Part shown: positions 58,873 to 64,000 of the stretch, in pieces
Layout: the number at the start of each line of letters is the position of its first letter
Numbering within the stretch: the first letter of the stretch is position 1
Source: Candidatus Berkelbacteria bacterium
GTDB lineage: Bacteria; Patescibacteriota; UBA1384; JACPKC01
Length of the DNA stretch: 64,000 bases
Assembly (NCBI GenBank): GCA_016187225.1
Contig: JACPKC010000006.1
Coordinates: 25,051 to 89,050, forward strand
Direction: 5' to 3'
The notes under the pieces: generated by a model
What the model saw: the letters and a program-made list of their open reading frames with translations, nothing else
Told to the model about the DNA's origin: nothing
Database searches by the model: none
Position numbers and translations under genes: made by a program

Positions 58873-61800
58873 CTAGCGGCGGTTGAACCGCGCTTTGAGC
58901 GCCTCGATCTGGGCCTGGGCGGTGGCCGCGTCTTCGGCAGAAGGTTCTGCCGGCGCGGCTTCGCGCGCCTTAGCCCGTTTCTTGCTCTGCCCCGATCCAG
59001 CCGATTCGCTGGCGCGAACCTCCGGCTCGGGGACTTGCGGTTTGTCTTCCGGGAAGGGCGGCTCGAGCCGCACTAGCGTGAGACGGAAGGAGCCAGTGTT
59101 GACCAACTCCCTTACCTCGCTCACGTAGTACGACTTGCCCGCAACCGGCTCCGGTGAGCGGCGGTCGAGCACGAACTTGGCGTGCTTCGATCCGGCCTCC
59201 CACTGGAGTTCTCCGGTTTTGGGGTGTCGCCCCTGGCGGAACGAGAGCTTGAACCATGCACGCTGGGAGACCATCTCCTCAGCGCGCTGGTAATCAGCCT
59301 CGTACCGCTCCCGATTCCTGGCCGCCCACGCCTCGTCCGTAAGAATGACTCCCGTGAAGTCATTCCGAACGAGTGGGCAGGCGCAGTCCGTCGGGAACCA
59401 CTCGGCGGCAACAGTGCCATCGATGAAAATTTTCACCGTGGCCACCGCATCCCACCGTTTATGGGTCCCTTCCGGCCGCACCTCGGCCAGGACAGCTTCG
59501 TCGTACTGGGTCAGCCCACTGTTTGACTGGGCCCAGACCACCCGGTTGATCGGGTGGAGGTTGGTCTGGCGGCAAACCAAACGGGTTTGACCCGTCTGGT
59601 CGCCCCACTCGGTATGCTCTTCAACCATCGGGTGGGAGCAAACCGGGCAGGTACCAAGGAGCGTGCGCAGGCGATCGTTCGCCGATCGCTTCAGCTCCTC
59701 TTTCTGCCGCTTGGCGTCCTCGGCCTTCTTTTGGAGCTCGGCCGTTTTCACGGAGAGCTCCTCAAAGAGCGCGCACGTCGACACGAAGTCGTGGCGCTTA
59801 AAGGCTTCGGTCGCCTCAGTCGCAAGGCGCTCAACCTCCCTCTCCTCCTTATAGGAGAGCAAACCATCGCGCTCATAGGTCGCGATCGTTTCCTGCTCCT
59901 CCCGAATGAGGGCGAGGGCGGTCTCCGCCTCGGGGCGCTTGGTCTCGTTGGTCTGGTGGTGAGCCAGCGCCAACTCGACCCGCGCCCGGACAGTCGCGAG
60001 CAGGTCGAGCGCCTTCTTCGGCTCCGGGGTGCGGCTGTAATAGCCGTCGCTCGTCCGGAGCAAGGCGCGCGCCTGCTCGATCTTTGCCGAGAGTCCCTCC
60101 GACTCGTACCAGCTGTCTTTCCCCGCTTCACGCGAGGTCAGACCGTAAGCCTGGTACTCGTCGAGGTTCACCCCGGCAAGCAGTTGGGCGACCGCGTCGG
60201 CTTCAGCTTGCGCTTCGGCCACGTAGCGGTCGCGATTTCTGCGTTCGTCTTCCTCGGCATCGAGCTTGGCCTTGGCTTTGATGGCCTCGGCCTGGCTCGT
60301 CTGCGCCTCCTCGCAAGTGCGGTACCATTTCTGGTACCAGCTCGCGTAGTAGGCGCGGAACGCCGGGTAGGCGAACGCCCCGGTCACGGCGTCATAGATC
60401 TCGGGTTCGGCGACCGCGGGGAGCGGCTCCAAACCCTTGACCACGAGTGTCGTGTCGGGGTGGTTGGTCGTGAACGCCTGCCAGGCCAACTCCAGCCGTT
60501 GCGCCTCGATCTGCTCGCGCAGGGTCGAGACGTCGGTGCCAGAGATGGCGGTGTAGCCCTTGTCCTGCAGCTTGAGCGTGTAGCTCGCGCCGCTCGGAAT
60601 GAGATGCTCCACCACTGCCTGGTCGGCGTTCTGGATGGTCGCCACCGACACCTGGATGGTGACGGTCTGCTTCTTCTCGCTCGAGTAGTACGACGCGCTG
60701 TCGTACTTATACTCGACGTTGCAGACCTCGCCGCCGATCAGCACGGTGTCGGGCGCCTGCTCGCGGATGTACGTTGCTTCCTCACCGGAAACAAACGTCG
60801 CCCGCGCCAGGCCAAAGTCGATGCCCTCGATCGCCGGATCGTCCATCCGGTAGATCTCGCCGAGTCGCTCGGCATAGATCTTGGCCGCCTCACTTTGAGT
60901 GAGCGGCCCCCGAACGGCGCCCCCGGACTTGGCTTGAAGTTCGGTCAGCTCGGCATTGACTGCCTGGCCAACTTCCCCCAGCCAAACTCGGGCAAACTGG
61001 TCGGCCAAGGCTTTGGTCGCCTCGGCGTTTCTCTGGGCGGCCACCACCGTCGTTGCGACTTCGGTGCCGTTGAACACCAGCACCTCGTCACAGACGACCT
61101 CGCCTCGCTCCTCACTCCACCGATAGTTCCGGCAGAGATTGGAGGCGAGGTGAGGCGCCACCTCGGCCAGCCAAGTCGGGTCAACCGCCGAGGCATTTTT
61201 GATCAGGCGGAGCGTCATTGAACGCCCTCGCCGATCTGTAATGCCAAGGTCGAACGGTTGGCCGACCAGCCACTCGGGCAAACTCGAGCGCTTCATCAAG
61301 CAGCTCTCCTTTGCCAGCTCTCGTTCGCCGTTGCCGCCGTTCTGGTATCGACCACTATAGGAAGAGCTCTTCCTATACAAATGGTCAACCAACCCAGTCG
61401 AGCAGGCCTTGAGAGTGTCTTGCTGAGAGCCGAAGCTCCCAAACTCAACATCCCCGACCCCCCGCACGGCGTCAGCAAGCGTGGGAATCTGGGCGTAGGC
61501 ACGCTTGATGTTCATGCCCACAATCCCAGCTTCCCGCCAGTCAACCTGCTTGAGGCTCCGATCCGCCTCCCGCAGGGCCCGTTTGACCTGCTCTCTCCGG
61601 CTCTCGCGCTGTTTGCGCTTGAGGTTCTTGTTAAAAACCTCTTGCCGCGGCGCGGTGCCGAGCAGGTGCTCAATCGTGTTCTGGCCAATCAAGGCGACCA
61701 GAACCGCCAGTTGGGCAAGTAGATCGCTCTCAGTTTCCTTGACACCGAAAAACGATCGCCACTCGCCACTTCTGGCAACGATGTCGCCGGCGTCAAGGCA

Positions 61801-63108
61801 AGCCGCGATGACAATCACGTCATCCACGACTCCCCGTTGCGCCGCTTCTAGGATCATCCGGGCAGAGTGCACCTCGATCGGCAAGCGATTAATCGCATAG
61901 CCGACTTCGGTCACTTTCCCGGCCTGGTCGATGGCGCCGAGACCTTTGAGCGCCTTCTTCGCATCAGCAATGACCTGGCGGTCAAGCTGATGGAAGAACG
62001 GCAGCTCGGCTGCGTCGTACCCGGCAATGGCCAAACGGAGCACCGTCTGGTCAAGCCGGGTGCGCATGATCTCGGGCACCGGGTAGCCGGGCCGCTCGGC
62101 GCTGGGGCAGTGGTCGATGTAGACCCCTTCGCCCAAGCGGCCGGTTCGGCCTCGGCGCTGTTGGCCGCGAGCTTTGGCGATCGGCTTGAGGTACAAGCCT
62201 TCTACGCCACTGACCAGCTCGACGCGTCGTTCCATGCCGGAGTCGACAACGGCGAGCCGGCGCCCGGGACTCGGCACTAGCGTACGGCCGGTTTCCAAGG
62301 CGTTGGTTGAAACCACCACCTTGGGCCGGTCGTACCGCTTGTAGGCGCGGTCTTTTTCCTCGCGCTTGAGCTTCCCGTAAAACGGGATCAGCTCGGCATC
62401 GAGGCTTTGGAGCCGCGCAACAGTCGCCACGATCTCGGCCTCGCCCGGCTGGAAGCAGAGGACGTCAAAGCCCTCAGCGACCAACTTGGCAATGTCAGCC
62501 TCGATCGTGGCACCAGCCGGTCGGTCGACGATTGGGAACTGCCTCCCCGGCACCTTGAACACCGGCGCGTTCCCGCGCTTGCGCGCGAGCTCGTCCGAGG
62601 CCAAAGTAGCCGAGAGGACCACGATCTTTTTAAAGACCGAGTTCCCTTCCTGGAGGTGCTTCCACGCCCAGGCCTCCAGAGTGGATTGGTTCGTATTCCA
62701 CTCGTGGAGCTCGTCGATGATGAGGATGTCGAACCGGTTGTGACCGGCCAACTCCCTCACCAGCGCGAGACCGTCGGTGCAGAACAGAATTGACGTCTCC
62801 GCCGAATCCTGCCTGCCCTTGCCGGTCCGGTAGCCGACGGTCGTGCCAAACGGCACGCCCATGAGCTGGGCGACATACTCGCTCGTGCCGATGACCGTTT
62901 CGATCAACGGCTCGGTTACAAGTACGCTGTTACCCAGCTCATGGTACCACTGGGGCACCATTGTCGACTTGCCGGAGCCGGTTTCGGCCTCGACAATCAT
63001 GTAGGGCGCGGCGCATCCAATGATCGCGGCTTTGAAGGCCTCGATCGGGAGCGCATCACGCCCGTTGCTGGTCGGGGAGCTGTTATTCACCATGCCATTC
63101 TTGGTCAT
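58873..63108 (-). CDS. HrpA-like DEAH/RHA-family ATP-dependent helicase (1411 aa) with a long C-terminal extension containing a Cys4 zinc-finger-like motif
   Basis: Motif I ETGSGKST, motif II DELHE, motif III SAT and motif VI QRRGRTGR. An HA2-like region (ELPFFHQLD...LGAID) follows. The C-terminus is a coiled coil with CPVCSHP...C...CAC and an Ala/Glu/Lys-rich tail. Confidence 0.75.
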   Translation of the reverse strand: MTKNGMVNNSSPTSNGRDALPIEAFKAAIIGCAAPYMIVEAETGSGKSTMVPQWYHELGNSVLVTEPLIETVIGTSEYVAQLMGVPFGTTVGYRTGKGRQDSAETSILFCTDGLALVRELAGHNRFDILIIDELHEWNTNQSTLEAWAWKHLQEGNSVFKKIVVLSATLASDELARKRGNAPVFKVPGRQFPIVDRPAGATIEADIAKLVAEGFDVLCFQPGEAEIVATVARLQSLDAELIPFYGKLKREEKDRAYKRYDRPKVVVSTNALETGRTLVPSPGRRLAVVDSGMERRVELVSGVEGLYLKPIAKARGQQRRGRTGRLGEGVYIDHCPSAERPGYPVPEIMRTRLDQTVLRLAIAGYDAAELPFFHQLDRQVIADAKKALKGLGAIDQAGKVTEVGYAINRLPIEVHSARMILEAAQRGVVDDVIVIAACLDAGDIVARSGEWRSFFGVKETESDLLAQLAVLVALIGQNTIEHLLGTAPRQEVFNKNLKRKQRESRREQVKRALREADRSLKQVDWREAGIVGMNIKRAYAQIPTLADAVRGVGDVEFGSFGSQQDTLKACSTGLVDHLYRKSSSYSGRYQNGGNGERELAKESCLMKRSSLPEWLVGQPFDLGITDRRGRSMTLRLIKNASAVDPTWLAEVAPHLASNLCRNYRWSEERGEVVCDEVLVFNGTEVATTVVAAQRNAEATKALADQFARVWLGEVGQAVNAELTELQAKSGGAVRGPLTQSEAAKIYAERLGEIYRMDDPAIEGIDFGLARATFVSGEEATYIREQAPDTVLIGGEVCNVEYKYDSASYYSSEKKQTVTIQVSVATIQNADQAVVEHLIPSGASYTLKLQDKGYTAISGTDVSTLREQIEAQRLELAWQAFTTNHPDTTLVVKGLEPLPAVAEPEIYDAVTGAFAYPAFRAYYASWYQKWYRTCEEAQTSQAEAIKAKAKLDAEEDERRNRDRYVAEAQAEADAVAQLLAGVNLDEYQAYGLTSREAGKDSWYESEGLSAKIEQARALLRTSDGYYSRTPEPKKALDLLATVRARVELALAHHQTNETKRPEAETALALIREEQETIATYERDGLLSYKEEREVERLATEATEAFKRHDFVSTCALFEELSVKTAELQKKAEDAKRQKEELKRSANDRLRTLLGTCPVCSHPMVEEHTEWGDQTGQTRLVCRQTNLHPINRVVWAQSNSGLTQYDEAVLAEVRPEGTHKRWDAVATVKIFIDGTVAAEWFPTDCACPLVRNDFTGVILTDEAWAARNRERYEADYQRAEEMVSQRAWFKLSFRQGRHPKTGELQWEAGSKHAKFVLDRRSPEPVAGKSYYVSEVRELVNTGSFRLTLVRLEPPFPEDKPQVPEPEVRASESAGSGQSKKRAKAREAAPAEPSAEDAATAQAQIEALKARFNRR

Positions 63109-63147
63109 GGTAAATTTCCCTTTCGGGAAAGCCGTCTAGCCTTTCGG

Positions 63148-63879
63148 CTAGGCGGCCAACAGCTCCTCTCGGAGATCGGCCGCCGCCCAAGCGACTTGCG
63201 CTCGGGCGCGACCCTGCTCGAACGGCGACCTTGCAGCCAGCCGTTCGGCGAGGGCCGACTCAAGGGAGTCGGCGGCGTCATGCCACCGACTCACGCTCGA
63301 GTCCCGGGCGACCAGGAGCAGAAGCTCCGGTCGCCGGGAGGCGACCACGGTTTTGCGCCAGAGCCCCTGGCACACGGGGGCAGAAGCGGCCAACGCCTCA
63401 CGGCGAGCCGCTTCTGCCTTTTGTTGGCGCGCCCACTCGCCTTTGGGCAGGGCGCGGCAATTCTGCCGCTCCTGCTTGCGGGCGCGGCGAGCCTCCCGGG
63501 CGGCGCGGTCGCGGGCCACCTTGGCCAGCACCGCCGCCCGGGTCACCTGACCGCGGACAGGTTGGGCTTTCGCCCGTTCCTGCCGCCGGTTGGCCCGCCG
63601 GCGCGCCGTCCGCCACGACCGCCCCTCGCTGGGGACGGCATGGAAAGTTTTTCTGCCACAAAGTGGCTGCGGCACCCAGAGCTGGTCGCCCATCAGAGCG
63701 GCCAGCTCCCCGGCCGCGAGGCGAATGCCCCGCGACCGAAAAAACTTCTTCGCCCGGGTGCGAGAGACGAACTCTCGACGGCCCGGGCAGGTCATGACAC
63801 CATTTTCCCGGGTGATGCCAAACCCGGTGGCGAGCACGAAGCTCGCCAGGAAAACGAGAACCAGCCCAATAATGAGCAT
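63148..63879 (-). CDS. Hypothetical membrane-anchored Arg-rich protein (243 aa)
   Basis: An RBS GGAAGGAGGAAAACGAG-ATG. It has an N-terminal TM helix and a highly basic (R/A/E-rich) remainder. Confidence 0.45.
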   Translation of the reverse strand: MLIIGLVLVFLASFVLATGFGITRENGVMTCPGRREFVSRTRAKKFFRSRGIRLAAGELAALMGDQLWVPQPLCGRKTFHAVPSEGRSWRTARRRANRRQERAKAQPVRGQVTRAAVLAKVARDRAAREARRARKQERQNCRALPKGEWARQQKAEAARREALAASAPVCQGLWRKTVVASRRPELLLLVARDSSVSRWHDAADSLESALAERLAARSPFEQGRARAQVAWAAADLREELLAA

Positions 63880-64000
63880 CTCGTTTTCCTCCTTCCCCCG
63901 CTTTGCGGGTTTTTCAACCGCACGGGGGATTCACCGGCTGGCGAATGCCCACCCCGAACAGCGACGCCTTTCACGTCTCCCTCTGCGCCACATTTTTCCT

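Noticed and set aside
59554-61221. 555-aa plus-strand ORF, and other long ORFs antisense to the helicase and island genes, for example 53586..54059, 53771..54292, 55419..56075, 58158..58646, 60084.. and 63231..63797
   Set aside because: High-GC sequence suppresses stop codons in all frames. These ORFs are Arg/Gly/Pro-rich with no motifs and overlap better-supported genes.

Overview
Most of this window (about 4.6-51 kb) reads as a compact core-genome segment of a small Patescibacteria/CPR-like genome. GC is about 48-50% by eye. Supporting signs are a class I lysyl-tRNA synthetase, a short 604-aa AlaRS and a lamin-tail-domain surface protein. Almost every gene is on the minus strand. The core contains a complete F1Fo ATP synthase operon (atpI-like, atpBEFHAGDC), tRNA-Gly(CCC), tRNA-Asp(GTC) and tRNA-Leu(TAA). 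It also contains ftsEX with an EnvC-like M23 peptidase, ruvB, a ZnuA-like binding protein, nfo, secA, hpf, serS, lysK, greA, mrdA-mreDCB, mltG, ruvX, ftsA, alaS, tsaB/tsaE, an LCP protein and a parvulin. Three accessory regions stand out. (1) The left end (<1-4.6 kb) is AT-rich. On the minus strand it carries a cobalamin (B12) riboswitch that drives a large acidic ORF of at least 683 aa. That ORF runs off the window, which is probably why the ORF track does not list it. The block also has a small methyltransferase, a 58-aa Pro/Gly/Met-rich peptide, and an N-terminally truncated large serine recombinase next to tRNA-Gly, which looks like a decayed integrated element. (2) At about 13.7-14.5 kb there is a roughly 0.8-kb GC-rich two-gene cassette with its own RBSs and terminator. 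(3) The right end, from about 50.98 kb to beyond 64 kb, is a high-GC island (about 60-65% by eye). It is bounded by a bidirectional terminator and a block of inverted repeats. It carries an HrpA-like DEAH helicase (1411 aa) with a Cys-rich C-terminus, a series of small unknown genes, a degenerate receiver-domain protein, a relBE-like module and a vapBC module. It also contains three families of repeated intergenic/cassette-boundary modules. One is an identical 50-bp direct repeat flanking the vapBC module, with an empty variant copy elsewhere. I found no CRISPR array and no rRNA.
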